Source: Candidatus Rokubacteria bacterium 13_1_40CM_69_27 | Lineage (GTDB): Bacteria > Methylomirabilota > Methylomirabilia > Rokubacteriales > CSP1-6 | Direction: 5' to 3' | DNA length: 64,000 nucleotides | NCBI GenBank assembly: GCA_001917535.1 | Contig: MNEF01000098.1 | Span: 45,241 to 109,240, forward strand | Shown: one piece after another, positions 52,772 through 61,232 of the stretch | How the letters are laid out: each line of letters starts with the position of its first letter | How positions within the stretch are numbered: position 1 is the stretch's first letter | Made by a program: the position numbers and the translations under genes | The notes under the pieces: generated by a model | Database searches by the model: none | Told to the model about the DNA's origin: nothing | What the model saw: the letters and a program-made list of their open reading frames with translations, nothing else

Positions 52772-53437
52772 ATGGCGAGGTCTGCTGACAACCTGCCGCG
52801 GAGATTCGGCAAGCTCCCCACGCCCGCTGTCACCGACGTGATGGACGAGATGGGGCTGCCGCGGCAGACCCTGCCGTCCACGATCCAGCCCCTCACCGCC
52901 GACATGCGCCTGGCCGGTTACGCGTTCACCGCGCGGGGCCGCCCGCATCGAGGCCCCCCGCGCGAGCGCGATCAGACGCTGCGGCAGTTCTTGAAGATGC
53001 TGGGAGCGGTACCCAGCGACTCGGTCCTCGTGCTGGCGGCCAACGACAACATGGCCGCCCACTTCGGCGAGCTGTCCGCCCACTGGTTCCGCGCCCGGCG
53101 CGTGCGAGGGGCCGTGATCGACGGCGCCACCCGGGACGCCGCCGCCATCGGCCGGCTCCGCTTCCCGACCTTCGTGCGCTACCGCACGCCTCAGGACTCG
53201 GTGCCGCGCTGGCGGGTGACCGACTGGGGGCTGCCGCTGACCATCGGGGGGGTGCGCGTGAGCCTGGGCGACATCATCGTTGCCGACGTCGACGGCGTCG
53301 TCGTCGTCCCCCGCCGTGTCGCCCACCAGGTGCTGATCCGCTCCGAGAAGCTCGTGGGGGCCGAGAACAAGGTGCGTTCCGCCGTGCGCCGGGGGATGAC
53401 GCCGCTGCAGGCGTACGAGAAGTTCGGGAGCTTCTAG
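52772..53437 (+). CDS. RraA family protein (RNase E inhibitor/4-hydroxy-4-methyl-2-oxoglutarate aldolase fold)
   Basis: 221 aa reading AVIDGATRDAAAI...DGVVVVPR. There is a GAGGAG site upstream of the ATG. Confidence 0.75.
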   Translation: MARSADNLPRRFGKLPTPAVTDVMDEMGLPRQTLPSTIQPLTADMRLAGYAFTARGRPHRGPPRERDQTLRQFLKMLGAVPSDSVLVLAANDNMAAHFGELSAHWFRARRVRGAVIDGATRDAAAIGRLRFPTFVRYRTPQDSVPRWRVTDWGLPLTIGGVRVSLGDIIVADVDGVVVVPRRVAHQVLIRSEKLVGAENKVRSAVRRGMTPLQAYEKFGSF

Positions 53438-53484
53438 CGGCGTGTTGGAGTACGCACCGGATCTGGACTCCTCCCGTTCGAGCG

Positions 53485-53550
53485 CCGGCTTTGCCGGCGC
53501 CACCTGTTCCTGGGGGAGGTTTCGGAAGGGGGGCGAAGCCCCCCGCCGAG
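53485..53550. repeat. REP-like element (variant) plus a short hairpin
   Basis: gccggc ttt gccggc at 53485-53501, then ctgggggaggtt tcggaagggggg cgaa gccccccgccga at 53510-53549. It lies between convergent genes (the RraA-family gene and the M23 peptidase). Confidence 0.75.
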
Positions 53551-53554
53551 GCTC

Positions 53555-54973
53555 CTAGCGGGTCCGGCGGGGACCGGGACGCGGCGCCGGGACGGCCGCC
53601 GGCCGCGGCGCCCGGTCGCGGGAGTCGGCGCTCCCGATCGGGCTCAGGCCCGCCGCCGCCAGCGGCTCGCTGATCCGGTCCCGAATCCACTTCGCGTCCC
53701 ACCATTCCAGCGGCGTCACCGAGACGCCGTGCACCAGCACTTCGTAGTGCAGGTGATCGCCGATGGCCAGGCCGGTGGTGCCCGTCCGCCCGATCTCCTG
53801 GCCCTTGGCCACATGGTCGCCGACGTTGACGGCGATCGTCGAGAGATGACCGTAGAGGGTCATGAGGCCGAGACCGTGATCGAGGATGATCGTGTTGCCG
53901 TAGATCGTCAGGGGTCCGGTGAAGACGACGGTGCCCGAGTTCGCGGCCGGCACCGGCGCCTGCCTGGTCGAGGCGAGGTCGTAGCCGAAGTGCACCTGCG
54001 TGTCGACGTCGCGCCCGGCGTAGACGTACGTGCGTGTCTCGGCGAAGTTCGAGAAGACCTTGGTGTTCCGGGGCTGCAGGAACGGGCCCTCCCAGAGCGG
54101 TCGCTCGGCGGTCTTGACGGCCAGCCGCCGCTTTTCCGCCTCGGCCTGGCGGCGCTGTTCGCGATTGATGACCAGGAAGGCGTCGAGGAGCGGGCGCGAG
54201 GCCGGATGCTGAGGCAGCAACTCCGGGATCTTGGCCTGGAGGAAGGCGTCCTTGATCTCGATCCGCTCCCGGCGGAAACGACGGGGCAGCACCTCGGCGC
54301 TGATCCCGCGGGACGTGCTGTTGCCGGCCTCATCCTCGGCGGTGACCGTGATGGGCGTGCCCGAGGCGTAGTCGTAGGGCAGCGCAAAGAAGCCCACGCG
54401 CGTGCCCGGCGCTCCCAGCGGGAAGGTCGGGAACGCCAGCGCGCCCACGCGCGTCTCGGCGCGGGCGGCGTCGCCGGCGCGGACGACGACCAGCGCGGCC
54501 CCGCCCGGCGCCAGGTAGCGCGTGGAGGCCACGACGTCGAGCGTGGGCGGCGTGAGGTCGATGGTGACGGGATAGCTGGCGGCGGCGCGCTGGCGGGCGG
54601 GGAGCGGGCGCCAGAAGTCGTCACGCGCCCACACCTCGATGGTGGCCTCGCCCTCGCGAAGGCCCACGGCCGCCGGCTCCAGCGTCACCGCGATCTCGGC
54701 GCGGGGGCCCAGCGGCTCTTCCCGCTTGACGACGACCACGGGCTGATCGCCCTGCACGACGCGCACCTCGGCGCGGGCGACGTTGCCGCGGGCCGCCTCG
54801 ATGAGGAAGGTGAGCGGCGTCTTCTGGCCGACGAAGCGCCGCGGCGCCGCCGTCACCCGCACGTCCGGCACCGACTGGCGCCAGAGCAGGTACGACAGGG
54901 CACCCGCCAGGACGAGGAGGAGAAGCAGGACGAGGATCCAGGTTCGGGACCGCCGAGGCACGAGGCGCATCAT
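53555..54973 (-). CDS. M23 family metallopeptidase (peptidoglycan endopeptidase) with an N-terminal membrane anchor
   Basis: It has the catalytic motifs HFGYD...YGHLS...GDHLHYEV. The start is the ATG at 54973 (MMRLVPRRSRTWILVLLLLLVLAG). Confidence 0.75.
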   Translation of the reverse strand: MMRLVPRRSRTWILVLLLLLVLAGALSYLLWRQSVPDVRVTAAPRRFVGQKTPLTFLIEAARGNVARAEVRVVQGDQPVVVVKREEPLGPRAEIAVTLEPAAVGLREGEATIEVWARDDFWRPLPARQRAAASYPVTIDLTPPTLDVVASTRYLAPGGAALVVVRAGDAARAETRVGALAFPTFPLGAPGTRVGFFALPYDYASGTPITVTAEDEAGNSTSRGISAEVLPRRFRRERIEIKDAFLQAKIPELLPQHPASRPLLDAFLVINREQRRQAEAEKRRLAVKTAERPLWEGPFLQPRNTKVFSNFAETRTYVYAGRDVDTQVHFGYDLASTRQAPVPAANSGTVVFTGPLTIYGNTIILDHGLGLMTLYGHLSTIAVNVGDHVAKGQEIGRTGTTGLAIGDHLHYEVLVHGVSVTPLEWWDAKWIRDRISEPLAAAGLSPIGSADSRDRAPRPAAVPAPRPGPRRTR

Positions 54974-55023
54974 ACCACGGCGGTTGCTTGACACCCCTCC
55001 GGGCCCTTGGCTAGATTGGCGCG

Positions 55024-56898
55024 GTGTCCATCGCCGTCTGGCTGATCCCCGCCTTTCCGCTCGCCGGCGCGCTGGTCAACATGCTCTTCGGGCGCGTCAT
55101 CCGCTCGCGCGCTCACTGGATCGCGGTGCCCGCGCTGGCCGGATCGTTCCTGGCCGCCTGTGCGGTCTTCGCGGGGATCTGGAGCGGCCGCACCATCGCC
55201 CCCCGGCTCTTCCCCTGGATCGTTGCCGGCGACTTCGAAACGTCGGTCGCGGCGCACGTCGATCCGCTCGCCGGCGTCATGCTGCTGGTCGTCACCGGTG
55301 TCGGCTTCCTCATCCACCTCTACTCGGCGGGCTACATGCGCGGCGACCCCGGGTATGCCCGCTACTTCGCCTACCTGAACCTCTTCGTCTTCTCCATGAC
55401 GATGCTGGTGCTGGCCGGCAACTTCCTGCTCCTCTACGTGTTCTGGGAAGCGGTGGGCCTCTGCTCCTATCTCTTGATCGGCTTCTGGTACACGCGCCCG
55501 GCGGCTGCGCAGGCGGGCAAGAAGGCGTTCATCGTCAACCGCGTCGGCGACTGCGGCTTCGGCCTGGGCGTCATGTGGCTCTGGACCGCGCTGGGCACGC
55601 TGGACTACGCCGACGTCTTCGCCAAGGTCCCCGAGCTCTCGCCGGCGGTCGCCACCGGCATCGCGCTCCTGCTCTTCATGGGGGCGTGCGGAAAGTCGGC
55701 GCAGCTGCCGCTCCACACGTGGCTGCCGGACGCGATGGAGGGCCCGACGCCGGTCTCCGCGCTCATTCACGCCGCCACCATGGTCACCGCGGGCGTCTAC
55801 ATGGTCGCGCGGAGCCACGCGCTCTTCGAGCGCTCGGGCCTGGCGCTGGAGGTGGTGGCGTGGGTCGGCGTGGTCACCGCGCTGTTCGCCGCCACCGTCG
55901 GGCTCGTCCAGACCGACATCAAGCGCGTGCTGGCCTACTCCACGATCAGCCAGCTCGGGTACATGTTCGCCGCCGTCGGGCTCGGTGCCTACGCGGCCGG
56001 CATCTTTCACCTGGTGACGCACGCCTTCTTCAAGGCGCTCCTCTTCCTGGGCGCCGGCAGCGTCATCCACGCGCTCGGCGGCGAGCAGGACCTCCGGAAG
56101 ATGGGCGGGCTGGCCCCCAAGATGGTGCCGACCGCGCTCACCATGGCCATCGGCGCGGCCGGGCTGGCCGGCGTGCCCGGCCTGGCCGGCTTCTTCTCGA
56201 AGGACGAGATCCTGGCCTCCGCGTTCGGGGGCGGGCACCGCCTGCTCTGGGCGTTGCTGCTGATGGGCGCCTTCCTTACGGCCTTCTATGCGTTCCGCCT
56301 GCTCTTCCTGGCTTTCTTCGGCGGCCCCCGCATGCCGCGCGAGGTGGCCCATCACGTCCATGAATCGCCGGCGGTGATGACGGCGCCGCTGGCCGTGCTG
56401 GCACTCCTCACCGTGGTAGCCGGTTGGGCCGTGGGCGTGCCGTCCGAGCAGGGCACGCGCTTCGCCCGGTTCCTGGCCCCCGTCTTCCCGCTCCCCGCGG
56501 CCGAGCCCAGCGGCCTCGTCACCTACGTCCTGCTCATGCTCAACGTGGTCGTGGTCACGGCGGGCATCATGCTGGCGTGGTTCATGTACATGTCGGCCCC
56601 GGTGCGGCCGGAGAGGATCGGCCGCCCGCGCACGCCGATCCACGCCCTGCTGCTGAACGCCTACTACGTCGACGGGCTGTACGATCGCGCCATCGTGCGG
56701 CCGCTGCTGGCCCTGTCGACGTACCTGGCCCGCGTCGTCGACCTCGGCCTGGTCGACGGTCTGGTGAACCTGACCGGGCGGGCCGTCCTGGCCTGGGCGG
56801 CGGGGCTCCGGCGCGCCCAGACGGGGTACGTCGTGAACTACGCGCTCACGATGCTGGTGGGCGCGGTGGTGCTGGTCGGTTTCCTGCTCATCCGATGA
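55024..56898 (+). CDS. nuoL: NADH-quinone oxidoreductase subunit L
   Basis: 624 aa with a GTG start. It reads KSAQLPLHTWLPDAMEGPTPVSALIHAATMVTAGVY, and the long C-terminal amphipathic helix region is present. Confidence 0.9.
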   Translation: MSIAVWLIPAFPLAGALVNMLFGRVIRSRAHWIAVPALAGSFLAACAVFAGIWSGRTIAPRLFPWIVAGDFETSVAAHVDPLAGVMLLVVTGVGFLIHLYSAGYMRGDPGYARYFAYLNLFVFSMTMLVLAGNFLLLYVFWEAVGLCSYLLIGFWYTRPAAAQAGKKAFIVNRVGDCGFGLGVMWLWTALGTLDYADVFAKVPELSPAVATGIALLLFMGACGKSAQLPLHTWLPDAMEGPTPVSALIHAATMVTAGVYMVARSHALFERSGLALEVVAWVGVVTALFAATVGLVQTDIKRVLAYSTISQLGYMFAAVGLGAYAAGIFHLVTHAFFKALLFLGAGSVIHALGGEQDLRKMGGLAPKMVPTALTMAIGAAGLAGVPGLAGFFSKDEILASAFGGGHRLLWALLLMGAFLTAFYAFRLLFLAFFGGPRMPREVAHHVHESPAVMTAPLAVLALLTVVAGWAVGVPSEQGTRFARFLAPVFPLPAAEPSGLVTYVLLMLNVVVVTAGIMLAWFMYMSAPVRPERIGRPRTPIHALLLNAYYVDGLYDRAIVRPLLALSTYLARVVDLGLVDGLVNLTGRAVLAWAAGLRRAQTGYVVNYALTMLVGAVVLVGFLLIR

Positions 56899-58421
56899 CG
56901 GTAGGGATCCTCTCGGCGGTGACGTTCCTGCCCGCCGCCGGTGGGCTGGCGCTGGCGCTGGTGCCGCGCCATCGCGCGAACGCCCTGCGGGGGGGCGCGC
57001 TCGTCGTGGCCCTGGCCACCTTCGCGCTGTCGTTGCCGCTCTACGTCGCGTTCGACGCGGAGTCGGCCGATTACCAGTTCGAGGTGTACGCGCGCTGGAT
57101 GCCCACACTCGGCGTGGGCTACCACCTGGGCATCGACGGCATCAGCCTGCTGCTGGTCCTCCTGACCACGTTCCTGATGCCGATCGCGCTCCTCTCGGCG
57201 TGGCACGCGATCGACGATCGCCCCAAGGAGTTCGTGGTGACCATGCTCGTTCTCGAGACGGGCATGCTCGGCGTCTTCGTGAGCCTCGACCTGTTCCTCT
57301 TCTACGTCTTCTGGGAGGCCATGCTGATCCCGATGTACTTCATCATCGGGGTCTGGGGCGGGCCCAGCCGCGTCTACGCGGCGGTCAAGTTCGTCCTCTA
57401 CACGATGCTCGGCTCCGTGCTGATGCTGCTGGCCATCCTGGCCCTCTACTACCAGCACGGCGCCGCCACCGGGACGTTCACCTTCGACCTGCCGACGCTG
57501 GCCCGCTGGGTGGTGCCGGCCGGGCTCGGGCAGCACCTCATGTTCCTGGCCTTCGCGCTGGCGTTCGCCATCAAGGTGCCCCTCTTTCCCTTCCACACCT
57601 GGCTGCCGGACGCGCACGTGGAAGCGCCTACGGCCGGCTCGGTCATCCTGGCCGGCGTCCTGCTCAAGATGGGCACCTATGGCTTCCTGCGCTTCTGCCT
57701 GCCGCTCTTCCCCGACGCCAGCCTCGCCTTCGGTCCCCTGATCTTCGCGCTGGCCGTGATCGGGATCGTCTACGGCGCCTGGGTGTCGACCGTCCAGCCC
57801 GACCTCAAGAGGCTCGTCGCCTACTCGAGCGTGAGCCACCTCGGCTTCGTCATGCTGGGGATCTTCACGCTGAACACCCAGGGGCTCGTGGGCGGACTCA
57901 TCCAGATGGTCAATCACGGGCTCTCGACGGGCGCGCTCTTCCTCCTGGTGGGCATGATCTACGAGCGCCGGCACACGCGCCTCATCGCCGACTTCGGGGG
58001 CCTCTGGAAGGTCGTGCCGGCCTTCTCGGCGGTGCTGCTGCTGGTGTCGCTCTCGTCCCTGGGCCTGCCCGGGCTGAACGGGTTCGTGGGCGAGTTCCTG
58101 ATCCTCGTCGGCGTTTTCCAGGTCAACCGGCTGCTCGCCGCCGCGGCCACCACCGGAATCATCTTCGCGGCCGTCTATCTGCTGTGGATGTACCAGCGGG
58201 TGATCTTCGGCGAAGTGACGCGCGAGGAAAACCGCCGGCTGCCCGACCTCACGCCCCGCGAGTGGGCGGTGATGGCGCCGGTGATCGTGTTCATCGTGTG
58301 GATCGGCGTCTACCCGGCCGCCTTCACCGGACCCACCGAGGCCACGATCGATGCGTTGATCGCCCAGGTCGAATCGAAGGCCAGCGTGGCCGCCGAGCCG
58401 GTGCGGACCTCGCGGCGATGA
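56895..58421 (+). CDS. nuoM: NADH-quinone oxidoreductase subunit M
   Basis: The ATG at 56895 overlaps the nuoL stop (ATGA). It reads KVPLFPFHTWLPDAHVEAPTAGSVILAGVLLKMGTYG. Confidence 0.9.
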   Translation: MTVGILSAVTFLPAAGGLALALVPRHRANALRGGALVVALATFALSLPLYVAFDAESADYQFEVYARWMPTLGVGYHLGIDGISLLLVLLTTFLMPIALLSAWHAIDDRPKEFVVTMLVLETGMLGVFVSLDLFLFYVFWEAMLIPMYFIIGVWGGPSRVYAAVKFVLYTMLGSVLMLLAILALYYQHGAATGTFTFDLPTLARWVVPAGLGQHLMFLAFALAFAIKVPLFPFHTWLPDAHVEAPTAGSVILAGVLLKMGTYGFLRFCLPLFPDASLAFGPLIFALAVIGIVYGAWVSTVQPDLKRLVAYSSVSHLGFVMLGIFTLNTQGLVGGLIQMVNHGLSTGALFLLVGMIYERRHTRLIADFGGLWKVVPAFSAVLLLVSLSSLGLPGLNGFVGEFLILVGVFQVNRLLAAAATTGIIFAAVYLLWMYQRVIFGEVTREENRRLPDLTPREWAVMAPVIVFIVWIGVYPAAFTGPTEATIDALIAQVESKASVAAEPVRTSRR

Positions 58422-59872
58422 GCCCGATCCCGGCGCCGCCGGTCGTGCTCGGCCCGCTCCTGCCCTCGCTGATCGTGGTCGGCACCGCCATCGTGGTGCT
58501 CCTGCTCGATCTCCTGCCGCCCCGCGCCAGCAAGGCGCACCTGGGCACCGTCGCCCTGGCCGGGCTGGTGGGGGCGCTCCTGGCCACCTTGAGGACGTGG
58601 GGCAGCGGCGGCCGCGCCTTCCACGACATGATCGTGCTGGACGACTACGCCCTCTTCTTCCACATCGTCATCTGCTACGCGGCGGCGCTGATCGTGCTCC
58701 TCTCGATGGATTACCTGCGTCGGGCCGGCGCCGAGTCGGGCGAGGGCTACGGCCTCATCCTCTTTTCCACCGCCGGCATGATGGTGCTCGCCTCCGCCAA
58801 TGACCTGATCGTCGTGTTCCTGGCCATCGAGCTGATGTCGCTTTCGCTCTACGTGCTGGCGGGGCTGTTCAAGCGACGGCGGGAGGCGGGCGAGGCGTCG
58901 ATGAAGTACTTCCTGCTCGGCGTGTTCGCCTCCGCCTTCCTCCTCTACGGCATCGCCCTGGTCTACGGCGCCACCGGCACGACCAACTTCGACCGCATCG
59001 TGGTGGCCGTGGGCGCGGGGCCGCGCGATCGGCTCTTCCTCATCGGGCTCGGGATGCTCATGGTGGGCTTCGGCTTCAAGATCTCGTCCGTGCCCTTCCA
59101 CATGTGGGCCCCGGACGTCTACCAGGGAGCGCCCACCAGCGTCACCGCGCTCATCGCCACCGGATCGAAGGCGGCGGTCTTCGCGGCACTCATCCGCCTG
59201 CTGGTGGCCGGCCTGCGCACGATCCAGCCGGACTCCACCGCGCTGCTGTGGGCGCTGGCCGCGCTGACCATGACCGTCGGCAACGTCGTCGCCATCGCCC
59301 AGTCGAACCTCAAACGGATGCTGGCGTACTCCTCCATCGCCCACGTGGGGTACATGCTGGTCGGGCTGGTGGCCGGCGGCGCGCCGGGCGCCGGCGCCGT
59401 TCTCTTCTACCTGCTGGCGTACACCTTCACCACGGTGGGCACGTTCGGGGTGATCGCGCTCTGCGAGCGAGCGGGGCAGGAGGCGGTCGAGGTGCGCGAC
59501 TACGCGGGGCTCGGGCGACGCCATCCGCTGCTGGCGCTCACGCTCGGCCTCTTCCTCCTGTCGCTGATCGGGATCCCGCCCCTGGCCGGCTTCGTCGGCA
59601 AGTTCTACCTCTTCGGCTCCGCGGTGCGCGCCGGCTACGTCTGGCTCGCCGTCATCGCCGTGCTCAACTCCGCCGTCGCCGCTTACTACTATCTGCGGGT
59701 GATCGTCTACATGTACATGCAGGAGCCGGAGGCGGCCTCGGCGTCGCTGGCGCCGTCTTTCGCCGGGGGCCTGGCGCTCGCGATCGCGCTCATCGGCATC
59801 GTGCTCCTCGGGGTGATGCCGGCGCCGTTCGCGGACCTCGCGCAGGCCGCCGTCGCCCCCCTGATCCGCTAG
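58418..59872 (+). CDS. nuoN: NADH-quinone oxidoreductase subunit N
   Basis: The ATG at 58418 overlaps the nuoM stop. It reads KISSVPFHMWAPDVYQGAPTSVTALIATGSK. Confidence 0.9.
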   Translation: MSPIPAPPVVLGPLLPSLIVVGTAIVVLLLDLLPPRASKAHLGTVALAGLVGALLATLRTWGSGGRAFHDMIVLDDYALFFHIVICYAAALIVLLSMDYLRRAGAESGEGYGLILFSTAGMMVLASANDLIVVFLAIELMSLSLYVLAGLFKRRREAGEASMKYFLLGVFASAFLLYGIALVYGATGTTNFDRIVVAVGAGPRDRLFLIGLGMLMVGFGFKISSVPFHMWAPDVYQGAPTSVTALIATGSKAAVFAALIRLLVAGLRTIQPDSTALLWALAALTMTVGNVVAIAQSNLKRMLAYSSIAHVGYMLVGLVAGGAPGAGAVLFYLLAYTFTTVGTFGVIALCERAGQEAVEVRDYAGLGRRHPLLALTLGLFLLSLIGIPPLAGFVGKFYLFGSAVRAGYVWLAVIAVLNSAVAAYYYLRVIVYMYMQEPEAASASLAPSFAGGLALAIALIGIVLLGVMPAPFADLAQAAVAPLIR

Positions 59873-59915
59873 TGCCGGCCCAAGTAACTTCGCCATACTT
59901 CGTTCTCGGACTTAC

Positions 59916-60025
59916 GCAGGCTCGCCTCGCGTACCGAGCACGCTGCGGCTTCGCACGAATGGTCTCAGGCTCGCCTCGGACGGGCGGGATTCTCCGGGTT
60001 CGCTCGCCTCGGGCGCAGGGGCCCA
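59916..60025. repeat. Direct-repeat family 2 (three units) at the truncation point of a CoA-transferase remnant
   Basis: caggctcgcctcgcg at 59916, caggctcgcctcggacgggcggg at 59966 and ttcgctcgcctcgggcgcaggggcc at 59998. The last unit is almost identical to 13088-13109. Confidence 0.7.
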
Positions 60026-60444
60026 AGGCGCTGGGACTGGACCAGCTGCTCACCGACCCGCGGTACACGCCGTGGTCGAATCTCCTCGCCCGGCGCGGCG
60101 AGCTGATCGAGACGCTGGAGGCGCGCTTCCGCACCCGCACGACAGAGGAGTGGCTGAAGGTCCTCGTCGAGAGCGGCGTGCCGGCGGGCCGGGTCAACTC
60201 CGGCCGGGAGGTCTTCGAGCACCCGCAGCTCAAGCTCAACGGCGTCGTGATGGACACACGGCATCCCCGGGCCGGCCGCCTGCGCATGATGGGCTTCCCG
60301 CTGCGGCTCACCCGCACGCCGGCGCGGCTGCGCCGTCACGCGCCGGCGCTCGGTGCCGACACCCGCGCGGTGCTGCGGGACCTCGGCTATCGTCCGGCGG
60401 AGATCCGACGGCTGGTCGGCGAGCGCGTGGTGCGCGGCCGGTGA
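60007..60444 (+). pseudogene. C-terminal 145 aa fragment of a family III CoA-transferase
   Basis: It reads LGLDQLLTDPRYTPWSNLLARRGELIETLEARFRTRTTEEWLKVLVESGVPAGRVNSGREVFEHPQL...HPRAGRLRMMGFPLRLTRTPA...LGADTRAVLRDLGY, which matches the CaiB/BaiF C-terminal domain. The about 250-aa N-terminal domain is missing, and upstream in the frame lies repeat sequence and the end of nuoN. Confidence 0.5.
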
Positions 60445-61232
60445 CGACGCCCCGCCTCCGGCTACCGCACCGGGGCTGGCTCTTCGATCTCGACGGCACG
60501 GTGTATCGCGGCGAGGCGCTGATCCCCGGCGCGCGCGAGACGATCCTGGCTTTGCGCGCCGCCGGCCGCCGGGTGGTCTTCCTCTCGAACAAGCCGCTCC
60601 AGACCCGCGAGGATTACGCGCTCAAGCTCACCGGCCTGGGGATCCCCACGAGGGCCGACGAGGTGATCAGCTCGTCGCTGGTGCTGGTCCGCCACCTGGC
60701 GGTCCTCGATCCGGGGGCCCCCGTCTTCGTCATCGGCGAGCCGCCGCTGATCGCCGAGCTCGCCGCCACCGGGTTCGAGGTCCGGCGCGACCACCAGGTG
60801 CGGTGGGTCGTGATCGCCTTCGACCGCACCTTCGATTACGCGAAGCTCAACACGGCTCTCCAGGCCGTGCGGGGCGGGGCCGGGCTGATCGCCACGAATC
60901 CTGATCGCACGTGCCCCACCGAGCACGGCGAGATTCCCGACTGCGCTGGCATGATCGCCGCCGTCGAGGCGGTGACGGGCCGGGCGGTGGAGATCATCGT
61001 CGGCAAGCCGTCGCCGATCATCCTGGAGGTCGCGCTGGCGACATTGGGGGTCGAGGCGGCCGACTGCGTCGTGGTGGGCGACCGCCTCGAGACCGACATC
61101 GTCATGGGCAAGCGGCGGGGGCTGGGGACGGTGCTCGTGCTGAGCGGCATCACGCGTCCGGACGATCCCCGCATCGCCGAGATCAACCCGGACGCCGTGA
61201 TAGGATCGATTCGAGAGCTGATCCAACCATGA
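60441..61232 (+). CDS. HAD superfamily hydrolase, subfamily IIA (NagD/PGP-like phosphatase)
   Basis: GTG at 60441 (GTGA overlap). It reads WLFDLDGTVYRG...VVFLSNKP...GKPSP...VGDRLETDI. Confidence 0.75.
   Translation: MTTPRLRLPHRGWLFDLDGTVYRGEALIPGARETILALRAAGRRVVFLSNKPLQTREDYALKLTGLGIPTRADEVISSSLVLVRHLAVLDPGAPVFVIGEPPLIAELAATGFEVRRDHQVRWVVIAFDRTFDYAKLNTALQAVRGGAGLIATNPDRTCPTEHGEIPDCAGMIAAVEAVTGRAVEIIVGKPSPIILEVALATLGVEAADCVVVGDRLETDIVMGKRRGLGTVLVLSGITRPDDPRIAEINPDAVIGSIRELIQP

Noticed and set aside
56424-59872. Long N-terminal extensions of the tracked ORFs containing nuoM (56424..) and nuoN (57200..)
   Set aside because: The extensions are Arg/Pro-rich and overlap the preceding nuo gene. 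The coupled ATG starts at 56895 and 58418 give canonical subunit N-termini.
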